The notes: generated by a model from the letters alone, not told the origin. A stretch of DNA of 64,000 nucleotides from Fibrobacteria bacterium (GCA_043745805.1 JAYTSD010000046.1:32001-96000), one strand, 5' to 3'. Counted from the first letter of the stretch, positions 30,408-40,849 are shown. Made by a program: numbers and translations.

Positions 30408-31610
30408 ATGATGAATAAAAAAATGCCAGTTATCTCGGCAACACTAAATATATTGAAATTGGTTTCAATTGCCGGCTGTTTGGCCGCCTTGCCAATTTTT
30501 GCGCAACCGGATGCTCCTGCTACTGCAGATCACTTATGTGATCCTACACCGGCTGTACCGCTTAAAGCCATTGACACTTTAGCTGATAACTTTGATGTAG
30601 AAGGTTATTCCTCCTTGTTCGATGGAACAACCTTCACCGGATGGTGGCATGATTGCCAATCTGGACATACCGCCGATAAGGTAAATGGCGCTGTTTGGAG
30701 AGTTGATCCAGCTCAACACGCCTTATATTCTACCCAAAGAGGTACAAATGGTGGCCTTTTATTAAGCAAAAGAAAACACGGTAATTACGAAGTTATGTTC
30801 GACATGTGGCCAAGTTTTGGTAATGACGGTGGATGGTTTAACCGTGTGCCAGCTGGTGGAGCCTGTTATCAAACGGTTTTAGATTACATTACTACGGGTG
30901 CTTTTGGTGCTACTTGGGGTGAAGGTGGTTATACTGGCCGCGATCATCGCCCATTCAAATTCGGCGCGAATGATAGCACAATTACAATGGGTACACCCAT
31001 GACTTGGACCGCATTTACCGCAACACAAAATCCAGCTTCATTTGGTTGCCCCACAACTGGCTGTACTCAAACTGAATGGAGAACACTTTGGAACTTGTAT
31101 GGTTGGAACCAAGTTAAAATAAGATTTTATGGTGGATTGGTTGCTGGTGATAGTCTGCATATGAAATCTTGGATGCGCCGCGACGCAACTAAACCTTGGG
31201 TTCCACTATGGGCAGATGCGTTAGTACATACTGATCCAGTCAATTATATGGGTTTCCAAGTTCATGGTGGAGGTCGTTTTGGCGGAGCCAAAGGTAATTG
31301 GTACAGAAATATTAAATGGCGTCCTCTACTTAGCAATGGTGATTTAGCTCCTGTTGGAATTAATAAAGGTGCAGTTAAACTGAGCAACAAAGTTGAGATA
31401 AACACCATTGAAAATGGAATTTCTATCCATGCTTTAACTGACTTTAATGCAACCATTGTGGATTTAAATGGAAAAGTATTGGAAAATTTTTCAGGAAAAG
31501 CTGGAAATTCTGAGCGCACATTCGTTACAAAACAAACAGGTAGACTTTTTGTAGATATCAAAACTGCGAATGGCGTTGAAAGACAACAAATCGTTCGTTT
31601 GCCTAATTAA
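30408..31610 (+). CDS. Secreted DUF1080 (3-keto-disaccharide hydrolase-like) protein with C-terminal CTD-like module
   Basis: SLFDGTTFTGW, GNYEVMFD, GNDGG, WNQVKI, GFQVHG, YRNIKWRPL; linker PVGI then IVDLNGKVL..GRLFV; track start 30402. Confidence 0.85.
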   Translation: MMNKKMPVISATLNILKLVSIAGCLAALPIFAQPDAPATADHLCDPTPAVPLKAIDTLADNFDVEGYSSLFDGTTFTGWWHDCQSGHTADKVNGAVWRVDPAQHALYSTQRGTNGGLLLSKRKHGNYEVMFDMWPSFGNDGGWFNRVPAGGACYQTVLDYITTGAFGATWGEGGYTGRDHRPFKFGANDSTITMGTPMTWTAFTATQNPASFGCPTTGCTQTEWRTLWNLYGWNQVKIRFYGGLVAGDSLHMKSWMRRDATKPWVPLWADALVHTDPVNYMGFQVHGGGRFGGAKGNWYRNIKWRPLLSNGDLAPVGINKGAVKLSNKVEINTIENGISIHALTDFNATIVDLNGKVLENFSGKAGNSERTFVTKQTGRLFVDIKTANGVERQQIVRLPN

Positions 31611-31622
31611 TTAAATCTACTG

Positions 31623-31659
31623 CTTCTCATTATAAATATTCATAGTGAGAAGTTTTTTT
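31623..31659 (+). terminator. Intrinsic terminator or attenuating hairpin
   Basis: CTTCTCATTAT..ATAGTGAGAAG followed by T7. Confidence 0.65.
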
Positions 31660-31669
31660 AAAAATCCTC

Positions 31670-31697
31670 TTGCAATTCAAAAAACTCTTCCTAAATT
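31670..31697 (+). promoter_or_regulatory. Putative sigma70 promoter TTGCAA-N16-TAAATT
   Basis: Same geometry as 30254-30281, directly after the terminator. Confidence 0.35.
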
Positions 31698-31753
31698 TTC
31701 ACGGCTTAATGATTAAGATTCTAATCAGCATTTTTTCCAAAGGTTTTTTTTCC

Positions 31754-33154
31754 ATGAGAACAAGAATTATACTGATTGCTCTCGTTTGCATTGGAGCAAA
31801 TAAACTCTGGGCTGACAGTGAGAAAATAAAAATTCAAGTTCATGGCCAAGGTTGGTTTGATCAGGGTCGTATAATGACAACTTCCGATAGCGTATTGCGT
31901 GATGGTAATACGGAAGGAAACAGCGTTAATATTTCAAATACTTGGCTTAGCTCATTTGGAGCACAGGTTGTTGCTACAGCAGATATAGCTGATAATTTAG
32001 AAGCAGTAATAGGCATCGGTGCATATAGAGTAACTCACTCTGTGGGTTCTTATATGACTAATACCAATATTACAAAACAGCCTTTTTATTATGCGATTTC
32101 CTTTTACAAAAACTACTTACCCCAATCTCGTTTGACATATTACTTGGGAGATAAAGCGACTCCTTGGTTTAGCATTACAGGCGGTAGCTTTTCCTATAAT
32201 TACAATCCCGATGTTAAAAATCTAGGAGCTTATCTTTTAAGAGGTGCGGTTTATCCCGGCATTCTTGTTAGTGGATTTAAAGACTTTAGTATAGACTCTA
32301 CAAAAAGTAATGTAATGGGTTTGAAAGTTCATAATCAAATCGGAAATTTTTCTCATGATTTAATCCTGAAAAACGAAACCGATCTTCCTCCTACTTTTGA
32401 TTTAAGCCTTGCTTATATCGCAAAATATCGTGCATTTGAGGCTTTGGATTTTGGTTTCGGTGTAAACTCTTATCGTTTAATCCCTTATGTTTCCAAACTT
32501 GAAAAACCAGGTCATTTGGGAGTGGCATTAGACAATGGCAGAAGTATTGATACTGTTGGCGCGAATGGAGACTCTGCCAAATTTGTTTATCTGACTCATC
32601 AAGGTGTCAAGGTGATGGGCATGTTTAGCATTGATCTAAAACATTGGCTTAATGCAAGTCTTTTGGGATCACAAGACTTAAAGCTATATGGGGAAGCTGC
32701 TTTAATTGGTATTAGCAATCAAGGTTCTGTATATAAGAATCGAAAAGAAAGAATTCCTGTAATGTTAGGCTTTAATTTACCTGTCTTTGGTTGGTTGGAT
32801 TTTCTGTCCGTCGAAGGAGAATGGTATGGTTCTAAATATCGCAATGATGTCGCTAATTTAGGAAGTTTAAATGGAGTTGCTGATTGGACTGAGTATAAAC
32901 CAACTAGAGTTACGCCTTCGCCGGCTCCTGTTTCAGGTTTTTATGCTGACTCTACAAAAGACAATATTAAATGGTCGATTAACATTGAAAAAACTATCCA
33001 AAAACATCTGCGACTTTCCGGTCAAGTTGCTAGCGATCATTATAGACCTGCACCTATTGCAACGGGCTTAATTTCCTCCACCGGTGGCACAGCTGAAGCT
33101 TTTACTAGACCATCGAATATGTATTTTGAATTTCGTTTGGCCTATTTATTTTAA
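31754..33154 (+). CDS. Uncharacterised outer-membrane protein, paralog 1 of 3
   Basis: Signal peptide; YNPDVKNLGAYLLRGAVYPG; RIPVMLGFNLP; QVASDHYRP; ends LAYLF; track start 31670. Confidence 0.72.
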   Translation: MRTRIILIALVCIGANKLWADSEKIKIQVHGQGWFDQGRIMTTSDSVLRDGNTEGNSVNISNTWLSSFGAQVVATADIADNLEAVIGIGAYRVTHSVGSYMTNTNITKQPFYYAISFYKNYLPQSRLTYYLGDKATPWFSITGGSFSYNYNPDVKNLGAYLLRGAVYPGILVSGFKDFSIDSTKSNVMGLKVHNQIGNFSHDLILKNETDLPPTFDLSLAYIAKYRAFEALDFGFGVNSYRLIPYVSKLEKPGHLGVALDNGRSIDTVGANGDSAKFVYLTHQGVKVMGMFSIDLKHWLNASLLGSQDLKLYGEAALIGISNQGSVYKNRKERIPVMLGFNLPVFGWLDFLSVEGEWYGSKYRNDVANLGSLNGVADWTEYKPTRVTPSPAPVSGFYADSTKDNIKWSINIEKTIQKHLRLSGQVASDHYRPAPIATGLISSTGGTAEAFTRPSNMYFEFRLAYLF

Positions 33155-33171
33155 GGCAGGGTTCATCTAAT

Positions 33172-34503
33172 ATGATCAAGAAGAATGAAATCATGGGTCC
33201 TGTATCAGTTGGCCTTGCTTTGTTGCTAGCTTTGGGAACTAACTTAGTTCGCGCTGAAGAAAATGTAGAGTTTCACGGTGCGGGTTGGTTGCAAATGGGG
33301 CGTGTGGAGAAAAGTTTCACTAGCTCCAAACATACTGATAATGACTATAATAAAAACTGGATGCAAAATGCCGGTGGTGTGTTCAATGTCGCTGTAAAAG
33401 ATGATGGTAATTGGGATGCAGCTTTTGGAATGGGTGTAGTTCAGGTCCATTTAGCCAGAGGAAATCGCTCCAATACCCAAATTTGGTATCCATTTTGGGT
33501 TCCATTTTTAACTGAAGCTAAGGTAACCTATAAGTCATCGCTATTCACCGCTGATGATAAATTAAGCATCACTCTTGGAGAGTTTCAATTCAAATACAAT
33601 TCTGATATAAAAGATTTAGGGCTATATCTCTTAAAGGGATATGTTTATCCCGGAGCGATTCAGTCTGTTTCAGGAAACATGGAAGGAATGCTTTCAACGG
33701 ACGGTATTTTGGTGGACTATCAAAAGGGTTCATTTAAGAATGATTTGATTCTAAAATTAGAAACGGATGATAAACCTTTATACGACTTATCCATTGCAGA
33801 TATCGTTAAGTATCAAGTTTCCAGTGGGTTCGAATTAGGTTTCGGGGTTAATTTTTATCGCGCTTTTGCGCAAAATAAAAAGCTTACCTCGCCTAGCAAA
33901 ACATGTAGTGAAAGCAATGATCTTGGACCTTATGCAAATCAAGGCCAGAAAAACGCTTGTTTCATTGTAGATACAACCGGAACGGTACCTGATACAATAA
34001 CAGGTTCTTTAGCCGGAACAAAATTAATGGGTATGTTTCGTTTTGACCCCAAAACATTTTTAACCTCTAGCATTTTCGGTAAGAATGATTTGGTGCTTTA
34101 TGGTGAAGCTGCATTGATTGGCGTAAAAGATTATAAAGTTGTTTATGCGAAAAAGAGCGAAAGAATTCCGGTAATGATTGGTTTTAACTTTCCAACTTTT
34201 GGCTTCCTCGAATATCTTTCTGGCGAATTCGAATACTATGGTTCTAAGAATTTTAATGATAACTTGGTCGCTCAAAATGGCTCATGGGTTCCTGGTTATG
34301 ATCCAGAATTCAATCCTACTCGTGATAATATTAAATACTCCGTTTCTATGGCAAAAGTTTTAGGGGGCCATATATTCTTATGGGGTCAAGTCGCCAATGA
34401 CCATCTTCGTTTGGGAGGCACGCATAATGTTGCGGCTGGTCATGAAGTGACATCCACTCTTGTGGATTGGTATTGGTCTACAAAAATCGCTTATTTCTTT
34501 TGA
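33172..34503 (+). CDS. Uncharacterised outer-membrane protein, paralog 2 of 3
   Basis: Signal peptide; YNSDIKDLGLYLLKGYVYPG; RIPVMIGFNFP; QVANDHLR; ends IAYFF. Confidence 0.72.
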   Translation: MIKKNEIMGPVSVGLALLLALGTNLVRAEENVEFHGAGWLQMGRVEKSFTSSKHTDNDYNKNWMQNAGGVFNVAVKDDGNWDAAFGMGVVQVHLARGNRSNTQIWYPFWVPFLTEAKVTYKSSLFTADDKLSITLGEFQFKYNSDIKDLGLYLLKGYVYPGAIQSVSGNMEGMLSTDGILVDYQKGSFKNDLILKLETDDKPLYDLSIADIVKYQVSSGFELGFGVNFYRAFAQNKKLTSPSKTCSESNDLGPYANQGQKNACFIVDTTGTVPDTITGSLAGTKLMGMFRFDPKTFLTSSIFGKNDLVLYGEAALIGVKDYKVVYAKKSERIPVMIGFNFPTFGFLEYLSGEFEYYGSKNFNDNLVAQNGSWVPGYDPEFNPTRDNIKYSVSMAKVLGGHIFLWGQVANDHLRLGGTHNVAAGHEVTSTLVDWYWSTKIAYFF

Positions 34504-34521
34504 TTCTTTGAGGAAAGCTAC

Positions 34522-35814
34522 ATGAACTCTTTCAATTGCCATAAAGCGTCGTTATCCGCTTCGGCTTTGCTTTCCCTGCTAGTATTAGCGGGTTTATCAA
34601 TTTCAAATGCAGAGACTAAGGGGGTAACTCTTGGTGGTGCAGGTTGGATGCAATATGGCCTTATCGGCCATAGTCAAGATTCTACTCTCACGAAAAAGTC
34701 AATTTATCAATCAGGCGCTCAATTGTCTTTGGATGCCAATTTATCTGAAGAGCTAAAAGTACAGGCGGCGCTTGGAGTTGCAGCAGGGCACTCTTTAGCT
34801 GGATCAGTAAACAGCGCCGGTGGTTATGCTCCTTTTGGCGTTGGGCCTTATGTCGCAAATGCTTATTTTTCCTATGCATTTACTAAATCAGAGGAAAGTA
34901 ATGTTTATATAAAGGGTGGTTTATTCCCTTATGATTATAATCCCGATGTACATAATTTGGGATTGTATTTACTAAGAGGCCCAGTTTATCCTGGTTTTTT
35001 AATATCAAGTTTTGAAAATAAAGCTGTGCTTCCGATCGCAAACACAATGGGACTTCAATTCCATGTTAATTTCGGTCAAATGTCCAATGATTTGATTATA
35101 AGTAGCGATGTTGAATTTTTACCTTACTTTGACATCTCACCAGCTTATATTACCAGCTATCAATTTGGAAAAACCTTTCGTTTAGGTGGCGGTGTTAATT
35201 TTTATCACTGGATTGAGGCTGATAAAAAGCTTGTAAAGTTTTTGAATGAAAATGCCGCGGATACTTTAGATTTACCCTTTAAAGGAATCAAATTGATGGC
35301 TAATGCGTCATTTGATGCAAAAGCCTTATTCGGATATAATGAAATTTTTGGTTCGGAAGATTTAAAAATCTATTCTGAAGTAGCCCTTTTGGGAATTAAA
35401 AATGACTCAATTTATAAAGAAGTATTCGGTGATAATTTACATAGAATGCCGATAATGTTTGGTTTTAATATTCCTGCATTCAAGTATTTGGATAAGCTTT
35501 CCATTGAAACAGAATGGTATGGAGCGAAATTTAAAGATGATTTAACTCAGTTTGATCATACAGCTGGAAATAAACCATCCGCCAAAACAGTTTTAAAACC
35601 AAATGAAAATAATAAGAGAGATAATTGGAAATGGTCGCTTTATGCATCCAAAGTTATTCAACAGCATTTTAAATTAAGCCTGCAAGTAGCAAATGATCAT
35701 TATCGTCCAGGTGTTTATACGGGTGATGGTGATAATCACCCGCCATCATCAAGTACCGTTACCAATACGCCCGAAGACTGGTACGCAATGTTAAAGTTGG
35801 CCTACTTCTTCTAA
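34522..35814 (+). CDS. Uncharacterised outer-membrane protein, paralog 3 of 3
   Basis: Signal peptide; YNPDVHNLGLYLLRGPVYPG; RMPIMFGFNIP; QVANDHYRP; ends LAYFF. Confidence 0.72.
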   Translation: MNSFNCHKASLSASALLSLLVLAGLSISNAETKGVTLGGAGWMQYGLIGHSQDSTLTKKSIYQSGAQLSLDANLSEELKVQAALGVAAGHSLAGSVNSAGGYAPFGVGPYVANAYFSYAFTKSEESNVYIKGGLFPYDYNPDVHNLGLYLLRGPVYPGFLISSFENKAVLPIANTMGLQFHVNFGQMSNDLIISSDVEFLPYFDISPAYITSYQFGKTFRLGGGVNFYHWIEADKKLVKFLNENAADTLDLPFKGIKLMANASFDAKALFGYNEIFGSEDLKIYSEVALLGIKNDSIYKEVFGDNLHRMPIMFGFNIPAFKYLDKLSIETEWYGAKFKDDLTQFDHTAGNKPSAKTVLKPNENNKRDNWKWSLYASKVIQQHFKLSLQVANDHYRPGVYTGDGDNHPPSSSTVTNTPEDWYAMLKLAYFF

Positions 35815-35837
35815 TAAAAATTGCACTTTTCCTTTAT

Positions 35838-35868
35838 AAAAAAGACCGAGTTAAATCGGTCTTTTTTT
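35838..35868. terminator. Bidirectional intrinsic terminator
   Basis: A6-GACCGA-gttaaa-TCGGTC-T7 between convergent genes. Confidence 0.88.
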
Positions 35869-36060
35869 GTAATCATAAAAAAAATAATAAACTTTTTTAT
35901 CAGAGTGTTTCCCTAAAGATTGCATTAAATGATTTTAATTAACGCAAGATGCTTAACATCGCGCTGACAATAATGTTTTTTAAAAAGCAAAGCATTCATT
36001 GGAAGTAATATAAGTATCTAAGCATGCTTCTTATTGGGTCGCTCTCTATGAAAAAGGTTA

Positions 36061-37842
36061 TCACCCTCTAATAGTTTTCACATTAGCTTTCGAGGCTGAG
36101 GAAAACCTTTCCCCAATTTGTTGTCTCCACATAGCATAATACAGCCCTTTTTGCTCCAGCAATTCATCATGCTTTCCGGTTTCAATAACCCGACCTTTTT
36201 CCAAAACAAAAATTTTATCCGCATGCATTACCGTGGAAAGCCTATGTGCAATTAGCACGGTTAAGATACTTCGATTGCTTGAAATATCGCGAACGGTTTC
36301 ACTAATCTCATCTTCGGTTAAAGAATCTAGCGAAGAAGTCGCTTCGTCAAAGACTAATAAGTTTGGTTTTCGCAGCAAGGCTCTAGCGATCGAAAGTCTT
36401 TGTTTTTCGCCGCCGGACACTTTAACGCCACCTTCACCAATAACGGTATCTAAGCCTTTGTCGGCGCGTTCTAGGAGATTATGACAGGCTGCTTTATAAA
36501 GCACATCTAGGCATTCGGGATCGGTAGCTTTGGGGTTAACAAATAAAAGATTTTCACGAATGGTGCCTGCAAATAATTGCGTGTCTTGCGTTACAAAGCC
36601 AATATGTTCACGTAAGGAATCCATATCTAAAGTATTGCCTGCATGACCATTAAACAAAATGTGACCAGTTTGAGGTGAGTATAAACCGACTAATAATTTT
36701 ACTAAAGTGGTTTTACCTGAACCTGAGGGACCGACAAAAGCAATGGTTTCCCCTAATTGCGTGCTAAAGGAAATATTGTTTAAAGCATTGGTTGTAGCAC
36801 TTTGATGTTTAAAGCTTACATCATTAAATGCAAGCGTTTCAATTTGTACTAAGGCATTAGGAGCTATGGGCTTTACCTCCAGAGGTATATCTAAAATATC
36901 TTGAAAGTTTTTTAAGGAGACTTCGGCTTCGCGATAAATATTAATCACATTGCCTAATTCTTGTAATGGTCCAAAAATAAAGAAAGAATAAATCCATAAA
37001 GAGAAAAACTCACCTACGGTAATTTGACGAGCAAAAATCAAATACAACATGGTAAATAAAATAGAGGTTCTTAAAAAGTTAACGCAGGTTCCTTGAATAA
37101 AGCTGAGGCTACGAATATAGCGCACCTTTTTTAATTCCAGTTTTAAAATCTTTCCGGTAACAGTATTAAGGCGAGAAATCTCTTGCTGAGCTAAGCCCAA
37201 ACTTTTTACTAATTCAATATTGCGTAAGGATTCCGTGGTAGAGCCTGCGAGGCTAGTGGTTTCGGCCACAATAATCTTTTGAATTTTTTTGATGCGCTTG
37301 CTTAATACTGAACTTAAAGTTCCCAGAATGGGAATGGTCGCAAAGAAAAGTGGTGCAATCACCCAATGAATATTGATGGCATAGATGGTGACAAAAATAA
37401 TACCCACTAAGGTGGTGAACAAAATATTGATGAAGGCAGAAATAAGTTTTTCCACATCGGTGCGAACCTTTTGTAGTTTGCCTAAAGTTTCGCCGCTGCG
37501 TTGATCTTCAAAAACGGAATAAGGTAATTCTAGCGAATGTTTTAAGCCATCGGCATAAAGTTGTGCTCCAATTTTCTGGGTAATAACATTAATGAAGTAA
37601 TCCTGAAAATTTTTTGCTACGCGCGAAACAAAAGCAACTCCCATTGCCCCAAGTAAAAGCTTTCCCACACCATGAAAAAATTGTGCATGCGAAAGTTGCT
37701 CGAAGCGAGAGACATAATTATCAATGACATGGCGAAAAATCCATGGATCCAATAAGGAAAAAACTTGGTTCACTGTGGCGAGGAAAAGGGCCAGTATAAC
37801 CATAGGCCAATAGTTAAGTAAATAGCGATAAAGTAATTTCAT
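36061..37842 (-). CDS. ABC exporter, fused permease/ATP-binding half transporter
   Basis: N-terminal TM domain; GPSGSGKT, VSGGEKQR, LVFDEATSSLD, IAHRLST. Confidence 0.95.
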   Translation of the reverse strand: MKLLYRYLLNYWPMVILALFLATVNQVFSLLDPWIFRHVIDNYVSRFEQLSHAQFFHGVGKLLLGAMGVAFVSRVAKNFQDYFINVITQKIGAQLYADGLKHSLELPYSVFEDQRSGETLGKLQKVRTDVEKLISAFINILFTTLVGIIFVTIYAINIHWVIAPLFFATIPILGTLSSVLSKRIKKIQKIIVAETTSLAGSTTESLRNIELVKSLGLAQQEISRLNTVTGKILKLELKKVRYIRSLSFIQGTCVNFLRTSILFTMLYLIFARQITVGEFFSLWIYSFFIFGPLQELGNVINIYREAEVSLKNFQDILDIPLEVKPIAPNALVQIETLAFNDVSFKHQSATTNALNNISFSTQLGETIAFVGPSGSGKTTLVKLLVGLYSPQTGHILFNGHAGNTLDMDSLREHIGFVTQDTQLFAGTIRENLLFVNPKATDPECLDVLYKAACHNLLERADKGLDTVIGEGGVKVSGGEKQRLSIARALLRKPNLLVFDEATSSLDSLTEDEISETVRDISSNRSILTVLIAHRLSTVMHADKIFVLEKGRVIETGKHDELLEQKGLYYAMWRQQIGERFSSASKANVKTIRG

Positions 37843-38004
37843 AATTAAATACCAATCAGGAGGAAGTGGTAAAACTAAATATGAAAACCTTAAATGGGAA
37901 GGAGTGGATTAATTTTGACACTGTGAAGCGGAAGAAAAAAATGGTAAAATTTAAGCAGAAAGTTTCAGAAATGAAATTCAGAATTTTGGAAAGGAATCTA
38001 TTCT

Positions 38005-38520
38005 ATGAAAATCTCTAACGCCAATAAAGGAAAAAAACCTTTTGTGCTCAAATCCGCACTTTGTGTGCATGGCATAGCTATGCAACCGGAATATCCACAA
38101 AAGCTACAAGAGATTTCAAAAAAAGGATGGGGCACAACTTTCTGGGGCAAGGAAAATACCACCAATTGGTTTCATATCCCCTTGAATACGCCTATATATG
38201 CGGATGGCAAGCCACCTTTGCTGACCAAAGTCTTTATGTATTTTCACAATACCACTAAGTCTCCGATTCGCGCGATAACCATATACGATGGCGCTCGGGT
38301 TGTGCAAACTTTTGATAATTTAAATTTAGTAGGCGATCATGCTAAAGGCGCTGACGAAAAAAACACTTGGTGGATTGATCCTCCCAGTGAAATACATCAT
38401 GGTTTGGGTTTATCAGTGAATGTTGAGTTTCCTGCTCAGCCGGAAGAAACTGTCCAACTTGGTTCCCTAACACCTCCGCGTTGGATTTTATTCACTACAG
38501 CGGGAGCAGAATTCGCTTAA
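38005..38520 (+). CDS. Hypothetical protein resembling DUF6623
   Basis: VHG..GWG..NWFHIPLNTP..KVF..IYDG pattern recalled from that family; AAGGA RBS. Confidence 0.6.
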   Translation: MKISNANKGKKPFVLKSALCVHGIAMQPEYPQKLQEISKKGWGTTFWGKENTTNWFHIPLNTPIYADGKPPLLTKVFMYFHNTTKSPIRAITIYDGARVVQTFDNLNLVGDHAKGADEKNTWWIDPPSEIHHGLGLSVNVEFPAQPEETVQLGSLTPPRWILFTTAGAEFA

Positions 38521-38543
38521 ATTATTTAAGCGAAAAAATACTA

Positions 38544-39098
38544 TTAGGTTTGCGAAGCCCCACGCGCCATAATGATTTTGCCGGTACGTACGAGTTCAAG
38601 GATTCCGTATTTATCGAGCATCATCTCTAAGGCATCGAGTTTTTCGGTACTTCCAGTAACTTGGAGCATCAAAGTGCTTTCACTTAAATCAACGGTGATT
38701 CCCTTAAAATGTTCTGCAATTTGCAAAATCTCGGTGCGTTTTTCGGGTGGGCAATTGATTTTAAACAAAGCTAGTTCACGTTCCACTACGACATCGCCGG
38801 TATGATCTTTTGCATGAATCACATCGATTAAGCGGTTTAAATGTTTAATGATTTGTTCCAACGTTTTAGGCTCACCGGAAGCGACAATATTCATTGTGGC
38901 ATATTTACCACCATGCGTAGGTGATACAACTAAGCTTTCGATATTGTATCCGCGACGAGCAAAAACCAAGGAAATGCGAATGAGCACGCCGGGTTTATTA
39001 TTCACCAATAAACTAATGGAATGGTTTTGCGTGGCAGGATTCAGAGAACGGGCTACGCTAGGAGACATATTTTTAATATCGGTACTATTCACGATCAT
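38544..39098 (-). CDS. ilvN: Acetolactate synthase small subunit
   Basis: LLVNNKPGVLIRISLVFARRGYNIESL, ERELAL, ELVRTG. Confidence 0.95.
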   Translation of the reverse strand: MIVNSTDIKNMSPSVARSLNPATQNHSISLLVNNKPGVLIRISLVFARRGYNIESLVVSPTHGGKYATMNIVASGEPKTLEQIIKHLNRLIDVIHAKDHTGDVVVERELALFKINCPPEKRTEILQIAEHFKGITVDLSESTLMLQVTGSTEKLDALEMMLDKYGILELVRTGKIIMARGASQT

Positions 39099-39133
39099 AA
39101 TTTTCCTCGTTTTTCATCTTGAACCAAGGTAGC

Positions 39134-40849
39134 CTAGGTGCTACCGGTAGGTTTAGCCATTTTCTTCTTAGGAGCTTCCAAAACCATTTCGGAAATTGAC
39201 GCGCCGGCAGGAATCATAGGGAAAACATTGTCTTCCTTTTCAACATCGGCATCGATAATACAGGGGCCATCATTATACGCGAGAGCAGCGGCCAAAATTT
39301 TGGAAACATCGGCGTTACGTTTGATTTTAAAGCCTTTGATTCCATAAGCTTCACCCAATTTTACAAAATTAGGATTACCTTCTAAATCCACACCCGACAA
39401 ACGATTATCAAAAAACATACTTTGCCATTGACGCACCATGCCTAAATAATGGTTATTAATAATTAAAATCTTCACCGGCAATTTATTAACTGCTGCGGTC
39501 GCTAATTCGGATAAAGTCATTTGAAAGCCACCGTCACCTACAATAGCAATAACTAAAGCATCGGGACGTGCAAACTGTGCACCCAAAGCGGCGGGCATAC
39601 CGTATCCCATAGTGCCTGCGCCACCCGAAGAAATCCAATGGAAGCGATGATCCACTTTCATAAATTGCGCAGCCCACATTTGATGTTGGCCTACATCGGT
39701 AGTTACAATCGCTTTACCCTTAGTCAAGCGATACATTTCATCCAATACATACTGTGCTTTTAAGCCACCTTGCTTTTTATAATTCAAAGCAAATTGTTTT
39801 TTCCATTTTTTAAGCTGCGCTAACCAAGGTTCAGTTTGACCTTTTTTGATCAAAGGAATGAGTTGTTCCAAAACCAATTTAGCATCGCCTACAACAGAGC
39901 AATCTACTTTAAACATTTTATTGATTTCAGCTGGATCAATATCGATATGAATTTTTATGGCATTTGGACAAAAGGCTGAATATTTTCCACAAATGCGATC
40001 ATCCCAACGTGAACCAATAGAAAGAATGAGATCGCAATCAACTACTGCTTTATTTGCATAAGCTGTCCCATGCATACCCAGCATACCTAAACTAAGCTCA
40101 TGGGTTTCAGGAAAGGCGCCTTTACCGAGTAACGTGTTTGTTACGGGGAATTGGCCTTTTTCTGCTAAAGTTTTTAAAGCCTTACTCGCATCGGAAATCA
40201 CGCAACCATGACCTACTAATAATAAAGGCTTTTTAGATTGGGATAATAATTCGGCAATTTTTGCTACGGCTACAGCATTGCCTTGCGTAGGCAAAACATA
40301 ACCAGGCAAATCAATTTCCACATCATAATCAGGAATAAATTCACCGCCGGAAATATCTTTAGGAATATCGATTAATACCGGACCCGGACGGCCAGATTCA
40401 GCGATATAGAAAGCTTCCTTAATGATACGAGGAATATCATTTACATTCTTCACTAAATAAGAATGCTTCACTACCGGAAAAGAAATTCCTGATACATCGG
40501 CTTCTTGAAAAGCATCGAGTCCAAGCATAGGTGAAATTGTTTGACCAGTAATAATAATCATCGGCACGGAATCCATTTGCGCAGTTAAAATACCTGTAAT
40601 GGTATTTGTAGCTCCAGGTCCGGATGTTACTAAAACCACACCAGCTTTACCGGTTGCACGTGCAAGTCCGTCGGCCATGTGGGTGGCGCCTTGTTCATGG
40701 CGAGTCAATATAAATTTAATGGGAGAGTCCACTAAAGCGTCGAAAATGGGAATAGCTGCGCCACCGGGATGGCCAAACATGTATTCAACACCGTGTTGAT
40801 GGATGCAATGTATGAGAGCTTCGGCTCCTGTACAGGTTTTACCTGGCAT
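39134..40849 (-). CDS. ilvB: Acetolactate synthase large subunit
   Basis: RHEQGA, TSGPGATN, GRPGPVLID, GMLGMHG, DVGQHQMW, GDGGFQM; track start 40870. Confidence 0.96.
   Translation of the reverse strand: MPGKTCTGAEALIHCIHQHGVEYMFGHPGGAAIPIFDALVDSPIKFILTRHEQGATHMADGLARATGKAGVVLVTSGPGATNTITGILTAQMDSVPMIIITGQTISPMLGLDAFQEADVSGISFPVVKHSYLVKNVNDIPRIIKEAFYIAESGRPGPVLIDIPKDISGGEFIPDYDVEIDLPGYVLPTQGNAVAVAKIAELLSQSKKPLLLVGHGCVISDASKALKTLAEKGQFPVTNTLLGKGAFPETHELSLGMLGMHGTAYANKAVVDCDLILSIGSRWDDRICGKYSAFCPNAIKIHIDIDPAEINKMFKVDCSVVGDAKLVLEQLIPLIKKGQTEPWLAQLKKWKKQFALNYKKQGGLKAQYVLDEMYRLTKGKAIVTTDVGQHQMWAAQFMKVDHRFHWISSGGAGTMGYGMPAALGAQFARPDALVIAIVGDGGFQMTLSELATAAVNKLPVKILIINNHYLGMVRQWQSMFFDNRLSGVDLEGNPNFVKLGEAYGIKGFKIKRNADVSKILAAALAYNDGPCIIDADVEKEDNVFPMIPAGASISEMVLEAPKKKMAKPTGST

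Noticed and set aside
33148..33161. 14-bp match ATTTTAAGGCAGGG to 5811-5824
   Set aside because: Only a half-stem with no partner arm; it doubles as stop codon plus RBS region, likely chance
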